A DNA stretch of 64,000 nt from contig JAHLWZ010000505.1 in the NCBI GenBank assembly GCA_020536535.1, forward strand, positions 1 to 64,000, written 5' to 3'. The position numbers and the translations under genes are program-made. Of this stretch, positions 11,209 to 23,200 are shown piece by piece (the first letter of the stretch is position 1; each line of letters opens with the position of its first letter). This DNA is from Pelomyxa schiedti. Taxonomy: Eukaryota; Protista; Evosea. A model generated the notes under the pieces. That model worked only from the letters and a program-made list of their open reading frames with translations, was not told the origin of the DNA and did not search any database.

Positions 11209-14200
11209 ATGGGCAACACCAACGGAGGAGGAGGAGGCAGCAGCGGGGGGTACGAGGGGGCCAGGGAGTGGGGCAAGAGGCACGGGCAGGGGCAGCAGGA
11301 GTACGGGGACGGGTCCCGCTACGAGGGTCAGTGGGCCGACGACCGGCGGCACGGGGAGGGCCGGATGACGTGGGCGGACGGGACGGTGTACGACGGGGAG
11401 TGGCGGGACGGCGAGCGCGGGGGCGCGGGGACGGTGTACGCGAGGGACGCCCGCGGGGGCCACGTGGCCGTGGCCATCGCGACGGGTACGTGGGACGCCG
11501 GGGCCCTGGCCCAGGGGACGCTGCGGGTCACGCTGCACCCGAGCCGCGACGCCAGGGGCGCGACGGCCGCACGCCGGCGCGTCGGCGGGGGCGAGGCCGG
11601 GGCGGCGGCGGCGAGCGGAAGCACCAATGCTGCGAAGGCGAACGGGGGCGGAAGTGGAAATGATGGGACAGTGGCGGTGGAAGAAAGTGGAAATGCCGAG
11701 GAAGGAGCGGTTGTCGTTGCTGCTGAGGAGAGTAAGAGTGGGAATGGAGCAGAGCGGGGAGCGAGTTATGGGAAGGGAGATAGCCATGTTGTTGGGCAAC
11801 AGAATTCAGGAGAGAACGGGAATGATACTGCAAGCCGGGCCAAGACCGAATCTGGTTCGCAGTACGCGGAACAAACTCCTGCCACCAGTTCTAAATCCGG
11901 GAGGCCTGGAGGAAGGGTGGATAGTGATCAGGACAACGCATCGGAGCCCGACGGGGATTCTACCTCTGTTGTCACAGGGGTGACGTTTATGTATAAAGGA
12001 GCGTTTGTGGCTGGGAAGATGTGTGGCAAGGGATGTGCGTTGTGGAGTTGGGAAGGATTCGCGGCATTCTACAAGGGGTTTTGGAAAGATGGCCTGCGGG
12101 ATGGCCGTGGACGATGCAAATACTGGTGTAACCCAGAGCTGGCTAGTTCTATTCCATTTCGCCCGCCGCAACAGGTTGGGTCATCCTATTCGTCAGAGGA
12201 GACCGCTTCATCTGCTGTGTCACCCAGAATAACTCTGGATTGGAGGACGAAGATGTTGCCAAGACCAAATTCTCCACCTGCTGCCTGGTCTATTTGTAAC
12301 CAAGGGGAGCACGCTGAAACTCCTCAAGTTGTACCTGCGAACTTCGAGCAAGCCATTGAAATGGAGCCTCTGGAAGAATTTTTTGGGATATGGGACTGTG
12401 ACTCACGATTATGTGGTACCCACACCGTTAAGAAAAGCGGAGTTACTTATGACGGACACTGGGACCAGGATAAACCATGTGGTAGTGGTATATGCAAGTG
12501 GGGTCCTTCCAACCAGTATACCGGGAAGTGGCAAGGAGGCAAGAGGTGTGGGAAAGGAATGCAAGAGTTTCCCGATGGAAGAACTTACGAAGGAATGTGG
12601 CAGGGAGATAAGTTTCACGGCAAAGGAAAATATGTGTGGCCAGTTCAGAGTAGTGACCATGCTACTGCAGATACCTTGCATCACTTCTATGATGGAGACT
12701 GGGAGGAGGGATTGAGAAACGGAATTGGAACGGAGGAATTCGCTGATGGTTCTTCCTATACGGGAATGTGGTCAAAAGATTTGAAACATGGCCACGGAGT
12801 CTATATAACTTTGACTGAAAGATACGAAGGAAGTTGGATTGATGACCAGAAAGACGGCAATGGAGTTCTTGAATCAAGAATACAAGATGGGGCTAACCGG
12901 TATGAGGGTGAATGGGTGAAAGGGGATAAAAACGGACATGGAGTGCAAGTATCAGCAAATGGTGATGTATATAACGGAATGTGGGAGCACAACAAGAAAG
13001 CCGGCAAGGGCAAATATACTTGGGCAAATGGCGACACTTATGACGGCGATTGGGTTGATGATGTCTGCTCTGGATATGGCATCCTAGAATCCACCCTCGG
13101 CCATACTTATACAGGAGATTGGGTTAATGGGGTGAGATGTGGAACAGGTATCCAGAAATATGCTGATGGTACAATGTATGACGGAACTTGGACGAATGAT
13201 ATGCGGCATGGCAAGGGCGTGTTTAGATTCGTTTCTGGGGATAAGTATATTGGCCACTGGGACCGTGGTGTAAAAAGTGGCAGTGGGAGGCTCATATATT
13301 GTGATGGCTCGGAATATGAAGGAGAATGGAAAAATGATAAGATGGATGGTACTGGCGCACTAATATCCGACAATGGAGTGACGTACATTGGCCAGTGGCG
13401 GGAAGGAATGAGAATGGGAAGTGGAGTTCAGTGGTTTTCAGATCAATCTGCCTATGAGGGGGGATGGTACTTCAACAAGCGGTTTGGCAAAGGTGTGTGC
13501 AAATTCTCTGATGGAAGAATTTATACGGGAGACTGGGAGAATGACAAAATGCATGGTGAAGGGAAAATAGAATGGCCAGATGGATCAAACTATTCTGGAC
13601 AGTGCTTCCAGAATGTAATGAGTGGACAAGGATCTTTCACGTTCGCTAATGGGGATGTTTACAATGGCTCATGGTGTAATGGAGCAATGCATGGGCAAGG
13701 CATTTTGACTCTTCCAAACGGAGAGTGGTATTCTGGTGGATGGGATGGAAATTCGAGAAGTGGCCTAGGCAGTTATTGTAAGAAAAGTGTTCTGCGTACA
13801 AATGGAGAAGGCTTTTTCACATGGCAAAGTGATAACTTGTTCACAGTCTATACAGGCGAATTTGCCCATAACAAACACCATGGCTGTGGTACCCTGTCTT
13901 GGTCAAATGGCACTGTGCTATTTCAAGGAATCTGGGAAGCTGACATACCACTGTGCGGAATTTACAAAGGAATACTGAACAACGCCAAACCCTTGTTGCA
14001 AACGGTTAATGCAGGTCGCACTCTGTTTTGTGAAACTCCGTCATCCCTTACAACAAATGCTACTTTGGAACAAATTTCGCCCAGCGATCGAAGGTTTGCA
14101 GAAATTAAAATCTACTCACACAAATAATCTCTTAAACTAATGAATATACTTTACTTTCTAATATTTCACCCAGAATTTTGTTCTTTTTCCTTTATTAACA

Positions 14201-14773
14201 GGTATTCCGATTTTGAAGAAACCTATTTCCAGCGATCCTTCAATCCCCAAAAAGAGGCACTGCATCATTTCACCTTGACTGACTTGTTTTCTGTAAGCAA
14301 CCCAGGACTGGAATCCGGACACCGCCAACTACGAAGGGCGTTAGACACTTTGATGGGGGGTAGTCTACAATTCCCCGTTTTTTGCAAAGTTACAAAAGAG
14401 CAAGCCCAAACTATCTGTGACAAAGGTCTACCTTTTCCGAATAAATGCAATTTACAAGAAAGTGACACTTCACCTTTGCTGGTCTCGGAATGTGTGTAGT
14501 TCACAAACCAACTACCTTTTCTAAAATACTGAAAAAGACATTGATGCAAGCATGGCTGAAAACTGGGAACCAGCAAGTGGCACTACTGAATTGGTGTTCG
14601 TAATGCTGAATTTTACCACAGCACAGTGCTTTCAGGTCAACAGTGATCACCTGGTGGAAGTTTACAAAAGACCAGGATTTTTATCTCACCACAATACACG
14701 CCACACATGTTGGTTCCCTTTTCAGGAGGAACAATGTGTACCAGCATTTGTTTTTCTAGTGAGTGTACAATAG
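11209..14773 (+). CDS. MORN-repeat protein with a degenerate PARP/ART-like C-terminal domain; N-terminal MG (possible myristoylation)
   Basis: More than 20 YxGxWxxGxxHGxG MORN repeats in ORF 11149-14127. Frame-consistent introns 14094-14201 and 14492-14537 join exons ending at stop 14773. Confidence 0.85.
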
Positions 14774-14805
14774 GATTATTTTATACAGAATTTTTGGGTT
14801 TTTTC

Positions 14806-15985
14806 CTATTCGTCACTGAAACTATCAAAATCCTCATCAAGTTCGTGTGCTAGTTCTTCAATACTCTCCTCCAGGGATGGTTCTGGTTGTGGGGCAGCCT
14901 GATCTACTGGATTCTCGTTTTCAGTATTTACATTCTCCACTGGAAATTGCTCATTTGTTTGTGTAAGCTGGTGGGAACTAGTTGCCGTAGATAGGAGAGT
15001 ATTTTCATTTGTGCATGGTGCTGATGAGTGTGGAGTCAAGTCATGGTTTGGTGGAGTTGTGTCGTGTTGATGTGATGCCGCCATTTTCTTAATGGAATGC
15101 CGTGTGAAATCCACTGTGCCAATCTGCTCCAGTTCTTCAGCTGTTGGACTACGGTATAACTATACGGGAAATGTTATCCTAACAGTAAGTTCGTTTGGTA
15201 TGTGGAAAAACCTCAATCTCGCGACACAAATCACGTATGACTTGTTTCATCTTGCCACATTCTAATTGCGGGTGTACCAGCATGGCTTCATTGAAGAATA
15301 CTAACAAGTCTGAGTGCTTGAAGATGTGATTATCTACAATATTTTTGGCCAAGAATTTTTTGAATTGGAAGTATTCCATTTCTTCTGGAAAAGATGAGCC
15401 GGAAAAAAGGAAATATGTGGACCATACCCGTTTTCATGGGAGGACCATGTTCAGTCTGTGCTCTCTGTGCACTTGTCATACCTAGTGGAAAGGTGAGATT
15501 GGTAGTTAAGATATTTTACTACTGGGGTAAAGTTCATGGGTGTAACTACAACCAAACATTATGCTACACAATATTAACTAGTAAATCAAAAAATTTTCCA
15601 GGCATCACTCACTGACATGTTGATTTCCAGTCACCCTCGTGTCTCTTGCCATGGTTCTATTTCCATTTCTATCCACACCTGCACCCACAATCCCGCGCGG
15701 CTGCTGCCTCTGCCTCTGCAGCACCTGGCGGCTGCGCATTTGCCTCTCCCTTTGCTTCTTCTCCTCCAAGCACGCCTGGATCTGCTGCTCGGTCCTGAGG
15801 ACGTACGTAGGGTACAAGACCGGGTCCCAGGGGTTTTTCCGCCGCTGCGAGACCGACGTCGAGTCCTCCTCGATTCGGCGGCGCATCCGGTCCCAATTGG
15901 CCTCATGCTCCCCTGTCCTCGCTACCATTTCCTCGTGTTGCAGTCTGGCCTTGAGCCCAGCGCCGCTGTTCCTCGCCGACTTCAT
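14806..15985 (-). CDS. Hypothetical protein with a SPATA7/HSD3-like segment (multi-exon)
   Basis: Exon 15179-15385 EMEYFQFKKFLAKNIVDNHIFKHSDLLVFFNEAMLVHPQLECGKMKQVIRDLCREI resembles, from recall, the conserved SPATA7 helix block. Coiled-coil N-terminus and acidic tail. Confidence 0.45.
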
Positions 15986-16055
15986 TTTTATTCAAAACCG
16001 GAAGCCGAGTCTCTTCCCCTAAACTTCGTAGCTTTTTTTTTTGGCTCACTACGGA

Positions 16056-17759
16056 ATGGGAGGCGCAGTGGGGAAAACGGCGACCGTTGCAGATAGCATC
16101 GTAGACTCGGTACTGGTGCCCGGGGTGAGCGCCACGTACGAGTACGCGTCGTCGCTGGCCGAGGCCTACAGGCGCGCTGTGGCGCCCAGGAACGAGTTCA
16201 GGCACCGGGCGAGCAGCCGCATGGTGGCGCTGGCCTGCGCCTCGCACCCGCGGCTGGGGGCCGCGAGCCCCGCGCGGTGCGCCGTGGACCTGCGGACGCT
16301 CGCGCTCATCTGGCGCTACCTCCTGCTGCTGCCGCGGCCGGCGCACGCGTGGCCGCGGTCGGCGGTCGCGGTCGCCGACGCTGTTCCGACGCCCCGCTGC
16401 ACGGCGGCGGGCGTGGCCGACGCCCGCGACCCCGACGTCCTGCGCCTCAGCGCGTCGCTGCTGCTCTCGGTCCCCAAGGACGCGGTGCCCCCGGGCGCCC
16501 ACGCCTCCTGCGCCTGCCTCTGCGTCACCGGCCCCGAGGCCTCCCGCCGCCGCGCCCTCGCCTGCGTCCTCCGCTGCTACCGCGCCCCCGGCTCCTACGA
16601 CCTCTACCTCAAGGTCTGGTCCCAGGCCCCCACACCGCAGCAAACTCCCAAACCCCCCTCGTTATCTTCGTCTCCATCACCATCACCCTCATCATCATCA
16701 TCAGAGCTACTACTAGTGCTACCACCACCGCAACCACCACCACCTCCTCCCACTGAAGTCCTCTCTGCGTATCTCGGCACACTCGCGCACGTGGCGATGT
16801 ACAGCTCGGTTGGGTACGAGGCTATCACGTGGCACGAGGACACCGACGCCCTTGTGGCCCTGGCCCCTCGCTGCGACAAAATCCACGTCGGGGCGGTCGA
16901 CACGGCCGTTCTCGGAATCTCGCAGGCGTGCGTGTGCCCAGACCCCAGGTTCTCTTGCAGGTGGGTGGACAGTGCTGCCGTCGGGCACGTCGGCCGCAGG
17001 CTTATATTGGTGGCGGTGGTCATGTACAACTTATGGGGTGGCGAGGACGACGTGCGCAGGCAGACATTTAGCGACTCCGCCATGGGCCAGTGCGTAATTG
17101 TTTTCGACCTGAGGAAAATGTGCCTGGTGAATGACACTTCCGCAACTGCCTCCGCCTCTGATGACGTCACGTCCAAGTCCGATGCAACTGCAAGTACTGA
17201 CAGCAGCGGCGACCCCGTCTCTATGTGTAAGGTCCTGCCTGGGACCGGGGCGGTACACGAGTTCAATTCACTAGTTATTGGCGAGTCTCTGCAAGTGATA
17301 TCTTACTTGAGGGGCAAAGTCACGGTCAATGACGTTTTGGGCCCAACACTCTCTCGTCTAAGGGAAATTTCGCTGCCATCCACCTACATGCAGGACTTTT
17401 TCACGGCACCGGAATTCCCGAACAGCTTCCTTTTCATTGTCAACGACTACATCAATGTCACTGTGACAGTCTTTCCGCTGGAACCTTCCGACGCCTCGTC
17501 GGATGACGAAGTACAACTCGAAGCAAATACCAACAAATGGCCAACTTCTTCCCCACGACCCGGACCCCTCAGGATCGCTGTGCCGATTGAGAGCAAACAC
17601 CGCGCGTACGGGCCGGACCTGGCCCTCGTTTTGAGTTCAGGAACACGAACCCACTTGTGGGACCTCTCTGCGGCCGAGACTGAAATCATCAACCACGGAA
17701 TTTGGGCTCTTGTGAGCTGTTATGCAAGAAGAAATCGTCACCCTAGTTGTATGTCTTGA
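16056..17759 (+). CDS. Hypothetical protein (intronless; N-terminal ALACASHPRLGAASPAR motif)
   Basis: 567-codon open frame. N-terminal HPRLG motif followed by a predicted beta-rich region. No assignable domain. Confidence 0.75.
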   Translation: MGGAVGKTATVADSIVDSVLVPGVSATYEYASSLAEAYRRAVAPRNEFRHRASSRMVALACASHPRLGAASPARCAVDLRTLALIWRYLLLLPRPAHAWPRSAVAVADAVPTPRCTAAGVADARDPDVLRLSASLLLSVPKDAVPPGAHASCACLCVTGPEASRRRALACVLRCYRAPGSYDLYLKVWSQAPTPQQTPKPPSLSSSPSPSPSSSSSELLLVLPPPQPPPPPPTEVLSAYLGTLAHVAMYSSVGYEAITWHEDTDALVALAPRCDKIHVGAVDTAVLGISQACVCPDPRFSCRWVDSAAVGHVGRRLILVAVVMYNLWGGEDDVRRQTFSDSAMGQCVIVFDLRKMCLVNDTSATASASDDVTSKSDATASTDSSGDPVSMCKVLPGTGAVHEFNSLVIGESLQVISYLRGKVTVNDVLGPTLSRLREISLPSTYMQDFFTAPEFPNSFLFIVNDYINVTVTVFPLEPSDASSDDEVQLEANTNKWPTSSPRPGPLRIAVPIESKHRAYGPDLALVLSSGTRTHLWDLSAAETEIINHGIWALVSCYARRNRHPSCMS

Positions 17760-17844
17760 AAGAAGCGAAAGCAAAGAATATGATGGGGGACAAATTCACA
17801 ACAAAAAGTGGGTTTATTTTATATTTGTTCATAGGAGTGGGAAC

Positions 17845-19322
17845 CTAATAGCTTGTGCAGACAGCCAACATCACAGCAACACCATTTTCAGACAGATTAC
17901 AGTTGTAGGGATTGTTGTACCCCTCTTCATTGTTTATGTAGCGGGCAATGACAGCACTGCTGGCATTGGCATTTTCAATTGTATCAAAGTAGGAAAAAGA
18001 GACAACAAAACCTTTCAAAAAAGTTAGTTTAAATTGGTCTATTTCCGTAAAGTACCAGGAAAGGTTTTGCATCGGAAATCGATGAAGCCAGTAAGTCTCT
18101 TCATAAGAGGCAAGAAATGTTGGGTTAAATCCTCCATTTCTAGCCAGGTTAATGTGGTACTGAAAAGTCTTATGACAACTTTGCTTTCTGGGAAAAAGTT
18201 TTAATGTGGAAAATAAAGATAGGAAAAAATTACGGGCTGCAAAAGTCGTGTCCGGTACTATCTTCTTTCCTGTGTCAGCACTTTCCATAAGCTTCCACCA
18301 AGCTTGGTCCGGTTGTGGTGTTGCTTCAGTGTGAAGTACAGCGTTCACAATGTCTGTCAACGATCAGTCAGTACAAAGCTGCAGAAAGGTAAAAACCTTT
18401 CTTTTTTTGCTTTTCTCTGGCGTAGATTATAAATGGTGGTGAGGTCAAAGCTTGGGTATGGGGGAGCTCGTCTATTACAAGAATAACACGGCTTTTGAGG
18501 TGGTCTCTGTAGTAGGTTAGAGACTTGTTACATGTTTAGAACACAACCTGGAAGATGAACAATTAGTCTTACAGGTGTCGAAAGTGAACTTTAAAAATCC
18601 TTCTGAAGTTCTCGTGGGACCAAATATTTCCCTTGAACTGATTCCAATTTCGACAACTCTCTTACCAGCCGAGCAGTGGCACGATGGAAGATCTGTAGGC
18701 ATGAATATAATGCAGTGATACAAACTTAAGTACCAACAGTAGGATCATCCTCCTTTCGGGTTTTGGCGCTCAACCCAGCTCTCATAATTTCGTCCTCGGT
18801 ATATCTTTTTGCCCACTCGGGATGAATTGTGATATACATCTGAAAGACCCGAAATTTGAAAACCTAATGAACCGCAATATGAGAGCAAAGCGATACAATA
18901 CGTTACCTTACTTTGGAAGTTGACAAAGTCACTGTGGGTGGTGAAGGAGCAATGCAGCATGGTTGACTCAGAATCAAGCTTCTGAGAACATCTGGGTTTT
19001 CACGACTTTCAGAGGAAGTTGTACTTGTGGAAACTGCAGTGGAAGGAGATTTGTTTTGCTGTTGTGGTTGCGTTGGGGGTTGTTGGGATGGTGTGGATTG
19101 CGATGGTTGTTGAGACTGCAAGTGGAGTTGCAAGTGCTGTTGCAGTATTTGAAGTTGGTGTTGTTGAGACTGTGAGGTGGGTTGCTGGTGTTGTAACTGT
19201 TGAAGCAGTTGGAACTGTTGCTCTGTAAGTACACACTGGGATGAGAGAGCCGAAGGAGGAGGAGGTTGTGTTTGTGGCATAGATGCGTCAGACTCGTTCT
19301 GGGGTGGTGAATATGAAACCAT
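17845..19322 (-). CDS. CudA-family (amoebozoan) transcription factor with poly-Q N-terminus (multi-exon)
   Basis: Spliced core MYITIHPEW...LSAK...DLPSCHCSAGKRVVEIGISSR...FTFDTCKTNCSSSRDHLKSRVILVIDELP...SPPFIIYAREKQKRK matches the CudA DNA-binding signature (CSSSRxH). Confidence 0.7.
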
Positions 19323-20295
19323 CCTTGTGTGTCTCCGTTTACTGGGTGGTGTGCCCTAATTGATATTAATAAGAGGTGATCATTTGTCAAAAAAAAAAAA
19401 AAAAAAATTCCTAGCAGTAACATGTTATTCGTAGGTACTTGAAAGAAAGCTGAGGTATCATTTCGGTTCCCATTACCTGCGGAAAAAAAAAAATCAGCAC
19501 ACTTTCCACAACACTTATCTCGAACGTGAGTAATGAAATAAATGCGAGATACGTCGGTTACGACACCGTTTATTTTTTTTTTTTCGGCGGAAAACGGCGC
19601 GCGACCGACGCCTGTGGGGGAACAAAACAAAAACACACCTTGAAGCGGGAAATCCATTTGTGCGGAACCACTTTGAAATCAGTTGATGTGCACCACCTAA
19701 TTCCTTGCACTATACCCCACGTTGGTCTAACTTTTGGCTTTTTTTCGGTTCAAAAAAACTCGGTTACAAGCTTGTGATGAGAATTCAGGCCGGCGGGCTG
19801 TTAAAAAAAGACGTTGTGGGGAGCTTTGCGCACAGTGTTCAAGAAGAGGAAAAAAAAACCTGTCCCGCGCCTCACAGGTGTGGCACGACGGGATTGATTC
19901 TAAATGAGGAGCCAGCAACAACTATCTCATTCAGCTCTCACGTTACACACGAAGTACCCCATCCTGGCCCTCCCTGATTGCAGCACCCTCTTTCCTCTCT
20001 CGACACAATCTCCCTCGTCTCAAACTTTCCCACGATAGTTTCTTTGTCAACACATGCCCTTCCCCATCAGTCTTTGTCACTCACACTGTGACACTCCCTC
20101 CCCTCTGTTATCCTCTGACCCGGATCTGTTGAATTGTTCCCGTTCGAAGAACCGCGAACTCGGCCCCTCGATCGCGATTCGTGGGGAAAGATGGGGACTG
20201 AAAAGAACCCCTAACGACAAGATCCAGGTGCCAAAAAAATCAAAATAAAGCAAAAACCTGACAAACGCTGGGTTGTTGGTGAGGTGTGACCGTAG

Positions 20296-23200
20296 ATGGC
20301 ATCTACCAGTTCCGCGTCGTCTGCTGCAACCGGCACCTTGCAGTTTTCAATGATACCTCCTGTTAGTGGAGATCCGAACGTGTACGCTGTAGCTCTGCTG
20401 CAAAGTGAGTGGGAATCTGGATCAAAAAAAAAAAATTTTTTTTTCTGTGTGTACGTGGGCTTGTTTTTTGAGTGGATGCTTTGTTTTTTTTTTTTTTTTG
20501 TTTTGTTTTTCATGGTGACTCCAGGTATACATCAAGAAATTGAGCTTCTGCACGAAAGAATTGCGGCGTTGTCACAGCAATATCATGACCTTACTAGAGG
20601 GCAATCAAATTCACTCCTTATCCCTCCCACACTTCTTGTTCCTCAGCCAAACACTGCCCAGCCTATTGACAACATTCAAGCTGTGCAACAGCATGTAAGG
20701 CAGCAGCAGATGGACTCCTTACAGCAACAACGCGCGGAATTAGAATCTGCTGTTTGGACAGTGCTGAGAAATATTGTTTGGTTCAAAGCATGCTCTTCAG
20801 GGACTTCGGCAGAATTTGCAAAGCACGCCACTGAGGTTCACATATTTGCTACATACTTTTCTTACCTTGGCATGGTGAAAAACAGCTCGAATCAAAACTT
20901 TTACCCCTTGTTGTGCAACTGGAAAGAATTAGTGAGCAACCGGCAAATCGCTCAGCGGAATTAGCCAATGAGATAGCTCATCTGGATGATGATTTTAAGC
21001 TAGTTTTGACAGAATCCAACTTCTTCCCATTGTTGTCTAGCTCCTCAAAAACCCACGTGTCAAAGGTGGCTCGTAACTTACGGAGAGGTTTCTAACATTT
21101 TAAAGGTCATTGCTGTATGTGGAGATACACATGTTGGAAAATCTACTCTTATTTCTGAGCTACTAGGGGAGAGTGAATGGTATACCAATATTCGCCGACT
21201 TCATTAACTATTGCCAACATATTGTAGCAAACCGGATGTTGCTGGACCACAACAAAGTGAACCAACAACAGCCAATGTACACTACTTTGACGCAGCCTGG
21301 ACACCAGTTGAGAGTAAAGTCCGTTTCTTGGACTTCGAGGGTGAAAATGGGGGCAGACTCCCCAAGGTAATATGCACCTTTTTTCGAACTTACGTTTACC
21401 AACTTCAGTGGTTGAACGAAACCTTTGGTGAACTACTGGATAAACTTTCAATTACAGAGTACCAAGAAAAGTGAGTCCTAAATCTAATAAGAAAATCCCA
21501 CAAAAATATATAGACGAAGGCGAGCTGTATCCGAGAACCTTGCAAGACTTGCCTTTGTCATGACAAACATTGTTATTTTCGTTTGGAACGAATCCTTTGC
21601 AAATGCATCGTACCTACAACGTGTTGCCAAACTTGTTCATAACTCTGTGGAGGTACAACATAACCACTTACATGCCTACCTTACTGAAGCCACCTTAAAA
21701 GAGTGTGGATAGTGCTATTTCCCCAGCGCTCATTTTGATTTACAATAAATGTGGGCTTGATGAATGCTTCGATGTTGAGCAGGTTCCTTTTCGCCTCTTT
21801 TTTTCCCTACCACTTACCTAGAACTCCCAGGCTACTGCCCAATTCTTCTCCAATCCAGAAAACGAGAACCTGCTCAACCTCTACAGTGAAGTGAAGGTAC
21901 CCGTTTTTCTCTAGATAGAATCAGTCACAAATAACTCCAGTGTGTTGCCATTCCCCACAAGGATCAAGTGAAAAAAATCCGGAGGGAAGGCCTCCCACCA
22001 TACATTATTGATGGAGAAGAAATTTTTAAGCTGCAGATGGGCAAACTAAAGGTAGACTTCTTTTTCCTTTCCCTTTTTTTCTTTTTACCATTAGAAAACA
22101 GGATCTTATTGGAGACATCTGTCAGAGGCAACTTACGGTTCGGGAGCAGCATGGTAGAACCCTGAACCCCTGTTGATAACCAACAATAATACTTTGTTCC
22201 AGGATTACTCTTCTCTGACTACGTTTGGAGCATCCTCTTCAGGGAGGTATTGGCAAGGTAGCCACCCTTCCCAAATTGTATCGTTGCAAACAGAGTGAAA
22301 GATTTGGAGAGAAATTGCGCATGGGACAAATTCTTGGAACAATCCTGAAGCCACATACTTTGGCTGTAGCACAAGCGTTAGTATCCTATGGTGAAACATG
22401 ATTCACTTCTCATTTTCCTAGATTGGATTTTTTCCTTTCCACATACCGATTTGGCAAGTTGTACAATAAAGAACAATTCCTCAGGTTAACAGAATTTGCC
22501 TATTTCATGCCCGTTAATGGCGTCTAGGTGTCGCGAGTCTGCATTTGACATGCTGGCGTGTCTTATTGCCACCAACATAAGGGATAAACAAGAGATATAC
22601 GATAGATTTATAATCACACATCTCAAGTCTGCTTCATTCCGAGAAAGTGCCATTGAGATGTACAATGAATTGCATCAACATATCCATAAGCTCTCCCCTT
22701 GTGAGGCTTACTTCCCACAACAACGACCTGGAGAACCTCCAGCATATTGTACACAAGAACAGGTAGCCTTCAGAAAAGTCTTACCTACTCACTTGCTGAA
22801 AATAGATTTGCCATGCAAAAGTACATCGAACAACAACAAAAATCAATGCACCCAGTACGGCTGATAGTCTTTTAACAAGGTGTGATGAGAACTAAAAAAT
22901 AAAGTAAAATAGTGACCGTTTCCAGAGTAGAAGAAAACTTCAAATACGCCTTATCCATTGGCTACAAACCAACATGGAATGGGGCACACCAATTCTCTTA
23001 TCCTCGTCTAATCGAGGAAGAACAGCGTGACTTTCTTGAAAAACTGCAGATGATTGCTCAAGTACTTTCCTCCCAAATGACTTCAGATACCATGTTGAGG
23101 TTGGGTAGTAATTTAATTCGTAGGCAATGCCATCGAGTTTCTTCCTCACGAAAGTAAACGCACTGCAATATGCCACCTCTTCAGCAAAAAGAAAGGTTGG

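Noticed and set aside
11074-11833. Long antisense/alternative-frame ORFs over GC-rich tracts (also 15903-16643, 27654-28430, 38527-39479)
   Set aside because: Shadow ORFs caused by high GC3 and a lack of stop codons.
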